DNA of 64,000 bases from Nostoc sp. DedSLP01 (GCA_034530875.2 JAVRCJ020000013.1:1-64000); one strand, 5' to 3'; counted from the stretch's first letter, positions 39,324-50,944 are shown. Notes: a model not told the origin generated them from the sequence alone. Made by a program: numbers and translations.

Positions 39324-39483
39324 TTCCTATTTAAGGAAACTTAAAATATAGGAACTTCTAAATAAAAATGATGGCATAGTTGTTGAAAGTCAATAGCTAT
39401 GCCGTTGTTTTTGTTTGCTTAGAGTCGTAAGTATAGCCCTTCATACATATTGTATTCTCTGCGTGCCTACCCTGCGGGAAGGC

Positions 39484-39530
39484 GTACTCCTACGGAGAAG
39501 CAAGCTACGCGTAGCGTCTCGTAGATAAGC
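39484..39530. repeat. Small dispersed repeat; inverted copy at 57404-57449
   Basis: TACTCCTACGGAGAAGCAAGCTACGCGTAGCGTCTCGTAGATAAGC versus the reverse complement TACCCCTACGGGGAAGCAAGCTACGCGCAGCATCTCGTAGAGAAGC. Confidence 0.75.
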
Positions 39531-39754
39531 GCCTATGCGCTTATCTCTGTGTTACTTTGCGTTTAAATTTCAACCCTCAATTCCCCACGATTTTACACAA
39601 AGCTGTACTAGAAAACATTTAATAATCCTCTCTAATACCTCCTCAAAGACAAATTTTAATAATAGGGTTTAGTAGTTAAATCTAAATTCGACTCAACTAC
39701 TAAACCCCAAATTCAGTTATGTGCCAGAAGAAATTATACTCAGCCTATAATTTC

Positions 39755-40813
39755 TCAAACTGGTTTACGAGCAATAAAATACTTACTGGCAAAATGAACT
39801 TGGGTCTCAATATTTACAAAACCTGCATTTTCTAAACGCTCTACCAAGTTGTCGCTAATATAATTCCTGTAGTAAGGTTCGTGATACATTGCAGGAAAAG
39901 CATCCATTAGAGGCTTCATCTCCAATGAATCGCTCAGCTGAACTGAGTCGCAAATAATAAATACTCCTCCTGGTTTTACCACCCGAAAAGATTGCTCGAT
40001 AACTGTTTGACGCACCGCTGCTGGTAACTCATGAAACAGAAACACAGAAGTTACAGCATGAAAATAATTATCTAAGTAAGGTAGCTCCTCCGCTGGTGCT
40101 TGTAACAATTGTGGCAATTCTCCTGGAATTTGTGACAGGAGTTCATTTGCTTTAGATAAATAAGTTGGTGAAAGATCTACACCATATAAGGATGCTTTAG
40201 GTAAAGCAGCTCGAATCAATTTTAAAGTCCGTCCAGTTCCACAAGCTACATCCAAAACCTTAATTTGTCGTGGTAAAACAAATTCAAAAGCCTTCAGTCC
40301 TTCCTTGAGGGGTGCAAGAATACGCCGGCGCATCAAATCAGCTGCACCACTAAAAAGAATTTCCACCTGTAAGTCATATAAATTAGCGGAAAGTTCTGTT
40401 AAATAGCCGCCACTTTGATGGTGGAAATTCTGCACGTAGTAATTTGGATAACCACTAGTCTCTATTTCCGGGGAAAAATCTTGATATTTTCCCTGTTTAA
40501 CTCGTTCCCAGATTTGAGGTAAATCTAGCAACACTAGCGGATAATAGCGAAAAAATTCGTCCCAAGGGTTTTCAAACAGTAAGCTTTTGGGATAAACGCC
40601 TTTTTCGGCATCTTCCCAATCAATTTCTATCAGATCATTCAATCGTTCTTGAAATTTGAGTAAAACCTCGTTGGGTAAAGGTTGAACATTTGGAACGAGG
40701 GTAGGATATAGTAAGCTCTTTAACTGTAAAGCTACTGCTTTATGAGCTGCACTAAAAAAATGTTTACTCTGTTGAAAGGTTTGATAGGTCAGCTTAGTTA
40801 GAGTATCAGGCAT
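39755..40813 (-). CDS. Class I SAM-dependent methyltransferase
   Basis: YYVQNFHHQ, VLDVACGTG, VFLFHELP, KPGG; ATG 40813 preferred. Confidence 0.88.
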   Translation of the reverse strand: MPDTLTKLTYQTFQQSKHFFSAAHKAVALQLKSLLYPTLVPNVQPLPNEVLLKFQERLNDLIEIDWEDAEKGVYPKSLLFENPWDEFFRYYPLVLLDLPQIWERVKQGKYQDFSPEIETSGYPNYYVQNFHHQSGGYLTELSANLYDLQVEILFSGAADLMRRRILAPLKEGLKAFEFVLPRQIKVLDVACGTGRTLKLIRAALPKASLYGVDLSPTYLSKANELLSQIPGELPQLLQAPAEELPYLDNYFHAVTSVFLFHELPAAVRQTVIEQSFRVVKPGGVFIICDSVQLSDSLEMKPLMDAFPAMYHEPYYRNYISDNLVERLENAGFVNIETQVHFASKYFIARKPV

Positions 40814-41116
40814 AAAAAACAGTTGAAAAAAGCTTAACTGGTCAATATCGAATATCCATGTAAGGTTTTCTACTCCCATAAGCCAGATGTAAAGGATTGT
40901 TGTTTATCAAAACCTTCATCGACCATAGGGTTAATTGATGCATAGCCTTGACATTTCTTACTCGATACATAAGTACTAATGTAGCAAAACTTTACAAAGC
41001 TATTTCAAATATCAACTTATTAGTAGAATTCATAAAAAAGCGATCGCTCCTTAAAATGCAAAGTGCGATCGCTATTTAAAATTCTTCCGGGTGGGCAAGA
41101 TGTTCGCCCAAAAAAC

Positions 41117-41626
41117 CTAAATATCTATCTCGCTCAACTCACGTGTGATGTGATCGAATGGTTCATCGACAAAAGCAGCATTAGTTACACCTGCTGCTGC
41201 TACTTGTTCCTTAGCTAAATCCTTGAGTATTTGCACGCCGCGAACCGTCGGCCCGATAGGTACACTTAAAGAATTGTAAGTTTCCCGCAGTCCTTGTAGC
41301 ACTCGTTCATCTAACACATTTGTATTACCAGCAACTAGTGCATAAGTAGCGTAGCGCAAGTAATAGTCTAAATCCCGCAAACAAGCAGCATAACGACGAG
41401 TTGTATAGGCATTTCCGCCGGGACGAATCAATTCTGGCAGCTCTTCAAATAACCTTAAACCGGCTTGCTTGACAAGTGAAGCGGCATTAGAGTTGATTGC
41501 TGCGGCTGCTTGTACTCGTGCTGTACCACTATCAAAGTAAGACTTTAGACTATCCAGAGCATTCCGGTCAAAATACCGACCGGCTACGTCATAATTCTTA
41601 ATTAAACTTGTTACCGCATCGCGCAT
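41117..41626 (-). CDS. apcF: Allophycocyanin beta-18 subunit
   Basis: MRDAVT..., RPGGNAYTTRRYAACLRD; 169 aa from ATG 41626; divergent from glnA. Confidence 0.95.
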   Translation of the reverse strand: MRDAVTSLIKNYDVAGRYFDRNALDSLKSYFDSGTARVQAAAAINSNAASLVKQAGLRLFEELPELIRPGGNAYTTRRYAACLRDLDYYLRYATYALVAGNTNVLDERVLQGLRETYNSLSVPIGPTVRGVQILKDLAKEQVAAAGVTNAAFVDEPFDHITRELSEIDI

Positions 41627-41843
41627 TCCTTTTTCTCCCAATCGTTACTATCTATGGTTTGATATTTATTTGGTTGCACTTACGCACCAGTAAATTTTTG
41701 TGCTATTAAAAATAGATTCGGCACAAAAACAAACTATCCACTACATAAGGATTCTATGCCAAAGTTGACCCCTATGTGATGAAGTTTCCAGTTTTGTACA
41801 GATGATGGCGAAAAGGTTAATATAACCTGTAATCCAGATATCT

Positions 41844-41886
41844 GTAGCACAAACTACAAAATACCCTAATGTCTAGTATTTAAGAT
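41844..41886 (+). promoter_or_regulatory. NtcA-activated glnA promoter
   Basis: GTA-GCACAAAC-TAC (41844-41857), 23 nt spacer, then TAAGAT -10 (TAN3T). Confidence 0.85.
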
Positions 41887-41982
41887 ATTTCAGGTGTGTC
41901 ACGGCTTGATTGAGATCGGCAGGGCTAGGATGCTTTGGAAGATTCTGGTTTACTTTAGGAAATTGGTAGAGAAGGAGTAACA

Positions 41983-43398
41983 ATGACAACCCCACAAGAA
42001 GTCTTGAAAAAAATTCAAGATGAAAAAATTCAGCTGATCGATCTCAAATTCATCGATACAGTGGGGACTTGGCAACACCTCACAGTGTTCCACAACCAAA
42101 TAGATGAGAGTTCATTCACTGATGGCGTACCTTTTGACGGTTCCAGCATCCGGGGTTGGAAAGCGATCAATGAATCGGACATGACGATGGTACTCGATCC
42201 CAACACTGCTTGGATCGATCCATTCATGCAAGTTCCGACGCTCAGTATAACTTGTAGTATTAAGGAACCCCGCACAGGGGAGTGGTACAACCGTTGCCCG
42301 CGCGTTATTGCCCAAAAAGCAGTAGATTACCTGGTTTCCAGCGGAATTGGCGATACAGCCTTCTTTGGCCCTGAAGCTGAGTTCTTTATCTTTGACACTG
42401 CACGGTTTGCCCAAACTGCCAACGAAGGTTACTACTTCTTAGACTCCCAAGAAGGTAGTTGGAATTCCGGTAAAGACGAAAAACCCAATTTGGCTTACAA
42501 ACCACGCTTTAAAGAAGGTTACTTCCCGGTTTCGCCAACGGATTCTTTCCAAGATATCCGTACAGAAATGCTACTGACAATGGAAAAATTAGGTGTACCC
42601 ATTGAAAAGCATCACCACGAAGTTGCCACTGGCGGTCAGTGCGAACTCGGTTTCCGCTTTGGGAAATTGATCGAAGCTGCTGACTGGTTGATGATTTATA
42701 AATATGTCATCAAAAATGTTGCCAATAAGTATGGCAAAACTGTCACCTTTATGCCCAAACCGCTATTTGGCGATAACGGTTCTGGGATGCACACTCACCA
42801 GTCTATTTGGAAAGATGGCAAACCTCTGTTTGCAGGTGATAAGTATGCTGATTTGAGTGAAATGGCGTTGCACTACATTGGCGGTCTTCTCAAACACGCA
42901 CCAGCGCTGTTGGCAATTACCAACCCTAGTACCAACTCTTACAAACGCCTAGTACCTGGTTATGAAGCACCAGTTAACTTGGCTTACTCCCAAGGTAACC
43001 GTTCCGCTTCTATCCGTATTCCTCTGTCAGGCACTAACCCCAAAGCCAAGCGCTTAGAATTCCGTTGTCCAGATGCTACTTCTAACCCCTACTTGGCATT
43101 TGCTGCGATGCTTTGTGCTGGTATCGATGGCATCAAAAATAAAATAGATCCTGGTTCTCCTCTAGATAGGAATATCTATGAACTCTCTCCAGAAGAACTG
43201 GCGAAGGTTCCTTCAACTCCAGGTTCTCTAGAATTAGCGTTGGAAGCATTAGAACACGATCATGCTTTCTTGACAGAATCAGGCGTTTTCACGGAAGACT
43301 TTATCGAAAATTGGATTGACTACAAGCTAGCTAATGAAGTCAAGCAATTACAACTGCGTCCTCATCCCTACGAGTTTTACCTTTATTACGATGCTTAA
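41983..43398 (+). CDS. glnA: Glutamine synthetase type I
   Basis: [37 protein letters not shown]. Confidence 0.99.
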   Translation: MTTPQEVLKKIQDEKIQLIDLKFIDTVGTWQHLTVFHNQIDESSFTDGVPFDGSSIRGWKAINESDMTMVLDPNTAWIDPFMQVPTLSITCSIKEPRTGEWYNRCPRVIAQKAVDYLVSSGIGDTAFFGPEAEFFIFDTARFAQTANEGYYFLDSQEGSWNSGKDEKPNLAYKPRFKEGYFPVSPTDSFQDIRTEMLLTMEKLGVPIEKHHHEVATGGQCELGFRFGKLIEAADWLMIYKYVIKNVANKYGKTVTFMPKPLFGDNGSGMHTHQSIWKDGKPLFAGDKYADLSEMALHYIGGLLKHAPALLAITNPSTNSYKRLVPGYEAPVNLAYSQGNRSASIRIPLSGTNPKAKRLEFRCPDATSNPYLAFAAMLCAGIDGIKNKIDPGSPLDRNIYELSPEELAKVPSTPGSLELALEALEHDHAFLTESGVFTEDFIENWIDYKLANEVKQLQLRPHPYEFYLYYDA

Positions 43399-43432
43399 TT
43401 AAGTGCCGTATCTAATTGAAGGTCTAAATTTT

Positions 43433-43456
43433 GCCACCCTCTGGGGTGGCTTTTTT
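43433..43456 (+). terminator. glnA terminator
   Basis: GCCACCC-TCTG-GGGTGGC-T6. Confidence 0.8.
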
Positions 43457-43594
43457 ACGAAACGATTAAGTATTGGGCATAAGGCATAGGGCATGGGGCA
43501 TTGGGCAAGGAGAAAGACTTACTCTAACTTCTCCCCTGCCTCCTCTGCTCCCTCTGCTTCCCCTGCCCATTTTCTTATTGAATCCAACTCGTTA

Positions 43595-43801
43595 CTAACT
43601 CATCGTGGCATTGCTGCGTCCATAAATCATTCGAGTTGTCGCATCTATCTTGCCTTGAATCGGATTCCAATAGTGAGACACTTCTTCAGGAAGACCTAGT
43701 TCTTGTGCAGCACGCATCAGCATTGATTGTTGGCGATTCTTGACTTGTTGATGTTCGCGCACCATTAACGCACGAGATTTTTCTGCGATAGACATAACCA
43801 T
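43595..43801 (-). CDS. gifA: Glutamine synthetase inactivating factor IF7
   Basis: SRALM..HQQVKNRQQSMLMRAAQELG; convergent with glnA. Confidence 0.92.
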   Translation of the reverse strand: MVMSIAEKSRALMVREHQQVKNRQQSMLMRAAQELGLPEEVSHYWNPIQGKIDATTRMIYGRSNATMS

Positions 43802-43853
43802 AGTCCTCCAGGGTTTTGTAGTGAATATATAATTTTGGGTTCGTTGTTATTTA

Positions 43854-43885
43854 ACTATAACAAAAAATTCTGTAACATAAGCTAC
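43854..43885 (-). promoter_or_regulatory. NtcA repressor site and -10 of gifA
   Basis: GTA-ACATAAGC-TAC at 43872-43885, only 12 nt from a minus-strand TATAGT (43854-43859); geometry fits repression. Confidence 0.8.
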
Positions 43886-44197
43886 TTTTTTCAAGCTAAT
43901 TTTGGATTTTTTACTGCTAATACAATTACATTTTTACTGTAAAGCTCTACTGGTAAGGGTTTTGAGCTTTTGATTTGTCTATCTTATTGTTGAGGAGCAA
44001 TAACATTATTGACAAAAGTTAATATTTGGACTCAGTTACTTGAGTTGTTGGCATAATCTGCAATAAGTAACATTTATTGATTTTTCACTCATAATTCGGG
44101 CATTTTGTAAAGTGGCCAAACTCCTACTTCTCTATGGGGACGGCCTGAGGGAGGGATGAAGTAAATTAAGATAAGTAAAGAAAACTTTTGAATTATA

Positions 44198-44878
44198 ATG
44201 ACAGCTTTAAGCCTACAAGAAATTTCTACTCAGTTAGAAAGTCCAAATTTGCGCGATCGCATGGTAGCCCTTGCTCATCTGCGTCACGTTTGTGCTGAGG
44301 ATGCAGTACCTTTGATTAAAAAAGTACTAGACGACGAATCTTTGCAGTTGCGATCGATGGCAATATTTGCCCTTGGAGTCAAATCTACGCCAGAATCTTA
44401 TCCAATTTTGGTGAGAATTCTCGAAAACGATCCAGATTATGGTATGCGTGCTGATGCCGCTGGTGCTTTAGGATATTTGGGCGATGTCAGAGCTTTTGAA
44501 GCACTCTCACGGGCATTTTATGAAGATACTGATTGGTTAGTACGCTTTAGTGCAGCCGTATCTCTAGGTAACCTTAAAGATCCGCGTGCCCGTCAACTTC
44601 TGCTACAAGCCCTCGATAGCAAAGAAAAAGTACTGCAAGAGGCTGCAATCTCTGCACTTGGAGAAATTAAAGCCATTGAGTCTGTCGATAGTATCCTGCG
44701 ATTTGCCCAATCAGATGATTGGTTTATTAGGCAACGTCTCGCAGAAGCCTTGGGCAATCTTCCCACTCCCAAGAGCGTCTCAGCTTTGAAGTACCTAGAA
44801 AAAGACAACCATTTCAACGTTGCTGAGGCAGCAAGAATTAGCCTCAAGAAGCTTGAGGAAATAAATAATCAAGCTTAA
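44198..44878 (+). CDS. nblB: HEAT-repeat PBS lyase-like protein (NblB-like)
   Basis: RADAAGALGYLGD.RAFE.L.RAFYEDTDWLVRFSAAVSLGNL. Confidence 0.75.
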   Translation: MTALSLQEISTQLESPNLRDRMVALAHLRHVCAEDAVPLIKKVLDDESLQLRSMAIFALGVKSTPESYPILVRILENDPDYGMRADAAGALGYLGDVRAFEALSRAFYEDTDWLVRFSAAVSLGNLKDPRARQLLLQALDSKEKVLQEAAISALGEIKAIESVDSILRFAQSDDWFIRQRLAEALGNLPTPKSVSALKYLEKDNHFNVAEAARISLKKLEEINNQA

Positions 44879-44953
44879 TATTAAAGCCTCGTAGTACCTT
44901 TTAATAATAATTAAGTGGGAATTTTTGCATTTTGATGCAGGGTAATTTCATTC

Positions 44954-45520
44954 ATGAATATTGAAGAGTTTTTTGAGTTAAGTGCTGGTAAATGGTTTTC
45001 ACATCGTACTATTCATCATTTAGGTTTGAATCAATCCGAACATGGCAAGTCAGATATCATCATTGAGATGCTGACAGCAGATAGTCCAGAAGTCAGCAAA
45101 TTGTGCCAACAGTACGAAATTAATCCTAGTTCCGCCTCTTGTGGTCTCAAACTCACGTGGAACGGTACAACAGAACGGGAGCAAGTAAAACATAGCGGTT
45201 CGACTATCTTAGTTTCAATACCTGATGTCGATAATCCATCCCAAGGCAAGTTACTCAGGCAAATAGTTGATACTGAGAAAACTCCAGTTCCCGGACGCTA
45301 TCACATAGATAGCGATGGTGCTTTGACTCTAACTATAGAAGATGAAACCATGAAGTCTGAGGAGCGTTTATGGTTCGCTAGTCCCAATTTGCGAATGCGG
45401 GTGAATGTTTTAAAGCGTTCTGGTGAATTTAGTATTACTTCCTTTACTTCTGAAATTCGTATGGGTGGGTTTCCACCTGCGGCCAAGGCTTCAGAGGCTG
45501 CTAGTTCAGTATCGAATTAG
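44954..45520 (+). CDS. CpcS/CpeS-family phycobiliprotein lyase
   Basis: [41 protein letters not shown]. Confidence 0.88.
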   Translation: MNIEEFFELSAGKWFSHRTIHHLGLNQSEHGKSDIIIEMLTADSPEVSKLCQQYEINPSSASCGLKLTWNGTTEREQVKHSGSTILVSIPDVDNPSQGKLLRQIVDTEKTPVPGRYHIDSDGALTLTIEDETMKSEERLWFASPNLRMRVNVLKRSGEFSITSFTSEIRMGGFPPAAKASEAASSVSN

Positions 45521-45790
45521 TTTACAGGCTAAATATTCCCCCTTTTTCTTGGGGGAATTTTATTTGGTCATTAGTCATTAGTTATTAGTCATTAGTAACT
45601 GTCTTTGGTAAATCTAAGAGATTTTTGATAAAAATAAAATTATTGTTGGGTGTTTTAGATGCATATTTCGAGATTATTCTTCAATAAAAATATGAAAAGA
45701 TGAGCGCCTAACGCATCTCTATACAAAACGGTGCGTTAGGCTAAAGCCTAACGCACCCTACTGAAGATTTAGTTTATAAAACGACAAATT

Positions 45791-47314
45791 TTAAATTTGC
45801 AAAAAGTTAGCGATCGCCTGCGGTAATGGCAGAATAATAATAACCAACAAAGCCATTGATAATAATCCCCAAATGTCACGTTTATTATCTAATTCGGTGA
45901 CATCATTAAGGGCAGGTTCATCAATCAATGGCATAAATAATAAGATGATTGCCCACAACAAAAATTCTTCTCGAACTAAAGCAAGTAATAATAATAGCAC
46001 GCGAGCAATTTGACCAATTACAATTGCGGTTCGTTGTCCAAACATTGCATGGACAATATGACCTCCATCTAGTTGTCCTACAGGCATTAAATTTAAAGCA
46101 GTCACAACTAATCCTAAAAAGCCTGCTACTGCCAGAGGATGCAAGTCGATAGCAGATTTTGCTGTTAACTGACTTCCCAAAGCTAGCTTAGAGAGCAAAG
46201 CTAATAAAATAGAATATTTAGGGTTGAGAGCATCAGGATCTAAAAGTCGGGTTTTCTCACCCAAGGGAACTATATCAGAATGAGCTAATCCCCAAATTAG
46301 TAATGGTAAAGTGACGACAAAGCCAGCGATTGGCCCAGCAATACTAATATCAAATAAAGCTTTGCGATTAGGAATCGGACTGCGCATTTGAATAAATGCA
46401 CCAAACGTTCCCAAGAAGAAAGGTACAGGAATAAAATAAGGCAAAGTCGAGCGAATTTTATAGAATCTAGCTGTTAAATAATGCCCAAGTTCGTGAGTAC
46501 CTAAAATTGTCATTATTCCCAAAGAATAAGGCAAACCCTTAAGCAGAACATCTGGGTTAAATAGAGTTTTCAGCAAAGCTGCAATTTCCCATATTCGTGG
46601 GAGAGAAACACCAGCAATTTCTATTCCTACCAAAGTAGTAGTTATAAAAGTAGCGAGTAGTAGTAAAATTGCAAATCCCGGTCGAGTTAACTGTTGTTGG
46701 TCGCCTTGTGGTGTATTTGCCTGCTTAGCTGCTTGAGTGTTGGGAACTAGTACAAAGAAAGGTTTACCATTGAAGCCCTCTTGAAAAATTAACAAAAAGC
46801 GATCGCCAAATTGTGCTTCAATATTAGCTTTAATCTGCTGGTAAGCATTGCTAGCTTTGGTTCGTAACTGACCGCGACAAATCACCGCTTGCGGTCGATA
46901 CTCAATATTTTGAACGTAGTATACAGACCAAGGAAAACAATTTCGCAGTTGAGTTTCTTCTCTGGGTTCGATGGGACGCACTATGGTTTCTGCGGTAGGC
47001 TGGATAACTGGCTGTGATTCTGGGGCTGGGGCTTGGGCTTCATCTGTCTGTGTATCTCTCGGTACTCGACGCCCCAATTGAAACAACATCCAGTATAACG
47101 GTATGCAGATAAACAAAGACCACGCAAACAATGCCGATGGCGGAGGTTGTTTTGGCCCATACATCAGCGTCCATCCAATCAACAGCAACGCTGGTGTCAT
47201 TAAAACCAACCATAACAACCATACTGGCGTCCGGGTGATCTGAGCAACGCTGCGCTGCACCATTATATAAGTAGCTAGCCCCAGTAGGAGGAGAAACAAA
47301 AACCAAAATTCCAT
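45791..47314 (-). CDS. Site-2 (M50) membrane metalloprotease
   Basis: HELGH, GTFGA, AGPIAG, NLMPVGQLDGGH; start likely ATG 47314. Confidence 0.9.
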   Translation of the reverse strand: MEFWFLFLLLLGLATYIMVQRSVAQITRTPVWLLWLVLMTPALLLIGWTLMYGPKQPPPSALFAWSLFICIPLYWMLFQLGRRVPRDTQTDEAQAPAPESQPVIQPTAETIVRPIEPREETQLRNCFPWSVYYVQNIEYRPQAVICRGQLRTKASNAYQQIKANIEAQFGDRFLLIFQEGFNGKPFFVLVPNTQAAKQANTPQGDQQQLTRPGFAILLLLATFITTTLVGIEIAGVSLPRIWEIAALLKTLFNPDVLLKGLPYSLGIMTILGTHELGHYLTARFYKIRSTLPYFIPVPFFLGTFGAFIQMRSPIPNRKALFDISIAGPIAGFVVTLPLLIWGLAHSDIVPLGEKTRLLDPDALNPKYSILLALLSKLALGSQLTAKSAIDLHPLAVAGFLGLVVTALNLMPVGQLDGGHIVHAMFGQRTAIVIGQIARVLLLLLALVREEFLLWAIILLFMPLIDEPALNDVTELDNKRDIWGLLSMALLVIIILPLPQAIANFLQI

Positions 47315-47509
47315 ATTATCTTCAGTAATTTTGACAAAACATCCCACCAGTAGCTTTAGCACCATCGCCCTAACTACAAGGTAGACCTCAAACCCCAATT
47401 TTTGAACCAACGGTTAACAGTGCTAGTTAACGCTTAAGTTTCAATCATTGAAAATTTTTACACTGTAACCAGACGATCCACAACTCCTCAGTTTCGGTTC
47501 TTTATAATT

Positions 47510-48244
47510 ATGTCCCCTTTACCTCAACAGCCAACTTCTACAAACAAGCCACCACGCGCTGTGTTCCTTAACGAAATTCCTAGCGGAGATTCCCTGCAAG
47601 CGGAGTTCGCACAAAAGAGCATTTTTGCTTTTCCACCCAATCGGGACACATTAGGGGGAACCTCTTATTTTATTGTAAGAAATGAAAGTAACATCCTCAT
47701 AGACTGCCCTGCCCTAGACCAAACGAATCAAGATTTTATAGCAGCGCATGGAGGCGTTGATTGGTTATTTCTCACCCATCGAGGCGCTATTGGCAAGACT
47801 GCGGAAATTCAGCAAATTTTTGCTTGCAAAGTCCTCATCCAAGAACAAGAAGCTTATTTATTACCAGGCTTAACCGTAACTAGTTTTAGCCAAGAATTTA
47901 CTTTGGATGGACAAATACAAACGATTTGGACGCCAGGCCATTCTCCCGGCTCATCCTGCCTCTACTACAGTGAACTTGGAGGCATTTTATTTTCTGGTCG
48001 CCATTTACTCCCTAACCAACAAGGTCAACCAGTACCATTACGGACAGCCAAAACTTTCCACTGGCCGCGACAAATTAACAGCCTTCGGTTGTTATTAGAA
48101 CGTTTTACACCGGAAACTCTTCAGTACATTTGTCCCGGAGCCAATACAGGTTTCTTGAGAGGAAAGCGTATCATAGATCGAGCTTACCAAAACCTTGCCT
48201 CTCTGGATTTACAAGCTTTGCTAGAAATACAGCCCTTACTTTAG
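47510..48244 (+). CDS. MBL-fold metallo-hydrolase
   Basis: ILID, LFLTHR, TPGHSPGS; degenerate metal motif. Confidence 0.8.
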   Translation: MSPLPQQPTSTNKPPRAVFLNEIPSGDSLQAEFAQKSIFAFPPNRDTLGGTSYFIVRNESNILIDCPALDQTNQDFIAAHGGVDWLFLTHRGAIGKTAEIQQIFACKVLIQEQEAYLLPGLTVTSFSQEFTLDGQIQTIWTPGHSPGSSCLYYSELGGILFSGRHLLPNQQGQPVPLRTAKTFHWPRQINSLRLLLERFTPETLQYICPGANTGFLRGKRIIDRAYQNLASLDLQALLEIQPLL

Positions 48245-48341
48245 AGGCTCAAATTCCTCAATTTTAAATTGAAAGAGTGCTGCTTGAAGAGAATAGGCGC
48301 ACTAGCAGCGAGCGACCACTTACAAATAATGAAGCAAACAC

Positions 48342-48440
48342 TAGACTTATTGTAGAAATGGGGAAAAGGGTAAAGGGTAAAGAGAAAATCCCTCCTTTTC
48401 TCTTTACCCCTCTTGCAAAAATAGTTTTGCAAGAGGTCTA
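48342..48440. mobile_element. TAGAC...GTCTA-ended MITE-like element, copy 3
   Basis: Reverse complement of the right end, TAGACCTCTTGCAAAACTATTTTTGCAAGAGGGG, matches the left end of copy 1. Confidence 0.65.
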
Positions 48441-48513
48441 CTTTTTTCTTCACTCCCTACTTCCTGTATTTCTTAAATGTTGAGAATTAAATAATTACAT
48501 CAAACTAAAACGG

Positions 48514-49506
48514 ATGAGTAATCAACTTGAGTTAGCACAAGAACAAATAGATCCAAAACCAGATATGCTGGGGTATCTCTCAATGCCTGTGGCTGTTTTT
48601 CTATTATCTCTAGCGGCAATTTTTATTAAATTGAGTGAAAAAGAAATCGGTTCTAATGCTACGATTTTTAATCGGTTTTGGATTGGTGCTGTTGCTTTCG
48701 GGTTGTGGAATGGCATTCAGGCTAGCCGATACAAACTATCGGCATTTCCCATTGATAACGAAGCTTATACAATTCGTGATATTATTCTTTTTGTGCTTTT
48801 AGCTATTATTAATATCGGCTCATTACTCTCCTGGGCTTGGTCTATTACTCAGACTAGTATTGCTAATGCAAACTTACTCCATAACCTCAACCCAGTGTTC
48901 GCCACCTTGGGAGGATGGCTATTTTTAGGTCATCGTTTTAGCAAGAGGTTTGTCATCAGCTTAGTATTAGCTTTAGGAGGAACAATTGTTATCGGAATTA
49001 AAGATTGGCAAGTGTCTGCTGATAGTTTTATCGGTGACAGCATAGCTTTAGTTTCTGCCGTATTCTATGCTGGGAGCTTTGTGGTTAGAGAACAACTGAG
49101 AACCAAGTTTAAGACAACAAATATACTCCTATGGTCTTGCACGCTTGGCAGTTTGTTTACTCTTCCAATTGTTCTGATTGCTGAAGATAGAGTATTTCCT
49201 TATTCACTATCAGGCTGGCTGGCAGTAATCTGTCTAGCGATTCTGTGCCAAGTCATCGGACAAGGACTCGTAACCTATAATCTGAAAAAATTTCCTGCCG
49301 GATTTGTTTCTTTGTTCCTGCTACTTGAACCGATAGTTGCTGCCATACTTGCGTGGGCAATTTTTTCGGAACAGTTAAGTTTAATTAATTGGTTAGCTTT
49401 TTTTGTAATTTGTGCTGGGATTTATTTAGCTAAATCTGAAAATCCTTTTGTATTGACTCAAACTCATTTGTTAGAGAGCAAAGCAGAGAAGCCAAATTTA
49501 ATATAA
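48514..49506 (+). CDS. DMT/EamA family transporter
   Basis: About 10 TM helices, two EamA repeats (TSIANANLL..NPVF; SLFLLLEPIVAAILAWAIFSE). Confidence 0.9.
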   Translation: MSNQLELAQEQIDPKPDMLGYLSMPVAVFLLSLAAIFIKLSEKEIGSNATIFNRFWIGAVAFGLWNGIQASRYKLSAFPIDNEAYTIRDIILFVLLAIINIGSLLSWAWSITQTSIANANLLHNLNPVFATLGGWLFLGHRFSKRFVISLVLALGGTIVIGIKDWQVSADSFIGDSIALVSAVFYAGSFVVREQLRTKFKTTNILLWSCTLGSLFTLPIVLIAEDRVFPYSLSGWLAVICLAILCQVIGQGLVTYNLKKFPAGFVSLFLLLEPIVAAILAWAIFSEQLSLINWLAFFVICAGIYLAKSENPFVLTQTHLLESKAEKPNLI

Positions 49507-49603
49507 AAATAATATTTGATTAAGTAAAAAAAATATTTGATTCTGAAAATAAATTTTTATTTGTGCTGCTAGACTCTTAATTCATGACTCACTAAACTCT
49601 AGG

Positions 49604-50944
49604 GTGAAGTACGGATCGTCTAGGCAATACCCCATGTTAGACCGAACACAATTACCCAGTAAAACATCACAGGAGGCACAAGAAGCGAAGACTATAGACA
49701 ACTCCAATATTGCAACTCATATTATTTCGTCTCGACTGCTGAAGGCAATTCAAGCCCAGACACCAAGCGAGTTTCTCGCCAAGACAAGTTATATGAGTCG
49801 CAAACACGAACCTGGGAGCATTGATTTTACAGAAGGCGATGCTCACGAGTTGCCCCCAGCAGGCTTTGTAGAAGCCCTTCAGCGCTGGAGCGTTCCGCAA
49901 AATGAAAATTGGTTCGGTTATAAAGATAACCTGCCGCAAGCACAAGTCACGGTGTCAGAAGGCTTAAAAAAACAGCGTGGCATCTCGATCGCACCTGAAG
50001 ATATTTTCATGACCAATGGTAGCCTGATTGGTCTAGCTATTTGTCTTCAGATGCTAACTGAACCAGGAGATGAGGTGATAATCATTACTCCACCTTGGTT
50101 AAACTACAGGCGGATGATTCATGTTGCTGGTGCAGTTCCGGTTGGCGTTCCTGTAAATTCAACTACCTTCGATTTGGATTTAGATGCGATCGCCACTGCT
50201 ATTACTGAGCGTACCAGAGCGATTATTATCAATTCACCCCACAACCCCACAGGCAAGATTTTTTCAGAAACAACCCTACAGCAATTAGCAAATCTGCTCG
50301 CTAATGCCTCTCATCGCTACGACAAACCCATCTACCTGATTTCCGATGAAACCTTCAGCCGCATTGTATTCGATGGGCGGACTTGTCCGAGTCCCACGCA
50401 ATTCTACCCGTTTTCCTTCCTCATCTATGGTTACAGTAAGGTCTGGATGGCTCCCGGTCAACGCATCGGTTATGTTGCCTTACCACCCACAATGCCCGAT
50501 CGCGAGTCAATACGCCGCATAATTCGTACATTACAAGGTAGTCCCTTTGGCTGGTGTTTCCCCAGTGCGCTGATGCAATATGCCCTCACTGACTTGGATG
50601 AACTTACTATCGATATTAATTATCTGCAAAGCAAGCGCGATTCGATGGTGAAGGCACTCCGGGAAATGGGTTACAAGTTGCAAATTCCTGAAGGGACATT
50701 CTTCTTGTTAGTAGAATCACCCTGGCCAGACGATTGTGGTTTTGCCGAGTTGTTAGCAAGCCATGATGTTTTTGTGTTCCCTGGGACACCCCAGGAAATA
50801 CCAGGTTATTTCCGAATTTCTTTGACTGCCAACGAAGATATGATTTCCCGTGCCTTGCCGAAATTTAAAGCGGCTATAGAATACGCTGCCAAGAAAAAGG
50901 AGTCAGAATTCAGAATTCACAATTCAGGATATTCTGAGTTTTAA
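49604..50944 (+). CDS. PLP-dependent aminotransferase class I/II
   Basis: INSPHNPTG, ISDETF, YSK..MAPGQRIGY, PEGTFF, FRIS; start may be ATG 49634. Confidence 0.88.
   Translation: MKYGSSRQYPMLDRTQLPSKTSQEAQEAKTIDNSNIATHIISSRLLKAIQAQTPSEFLAKTSYMSRKHEPGSIDFTEGDAHELPPAGFVEALQRWSVPQNENWFGYKDNLPQAQVTVSEGLKKQRGISIAPEDIFMTNGSLIGLAICLQMLTEPGDEVIIITPPWLNYRRMIHVAGAVPVGVPVNSTTFDLDLDAIATAITERTRAIIINSPHNPTGKIFSETTLQQLANLLANASHRYDKPIYLISDETFSRIVFDGRTCPSPTQFYPFSFLIYGYSKVWMAPGQRIGYVALPPTMPDRESIRRIIRTLQGSPFGWCFPSALMQYALTDLDELTIDINYLQSKRDSMVKALREMGYKLQIPEGTFFLLVESPWPDDCGFAELLASHDVFVFPGTPQEIPGYFRISLTANEDMISRALPKFKAAIEYAAKKKESEFRIHNSGYSEF

Noticed and set aside
39755..40813. Methyltransferase as maturase of the Nif11 peptide
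   Set aside because: Convergent, separated by hairpins and repeats, and looks like a widespread cyanobacterial family.
43493..43699. 68-aa plus-strand ORF
   Set aside because: Made of heptamer repeats and antisense to gifA.
43802..43860. Glutamine riboswitch upstream of gifA
   Set aside because: No convincing match seen; the known riboswitch is associated with gifB.
48241..48483. Two short overlapping ORFs
   Set aside because: Both run through the MITE at 48342-48440.
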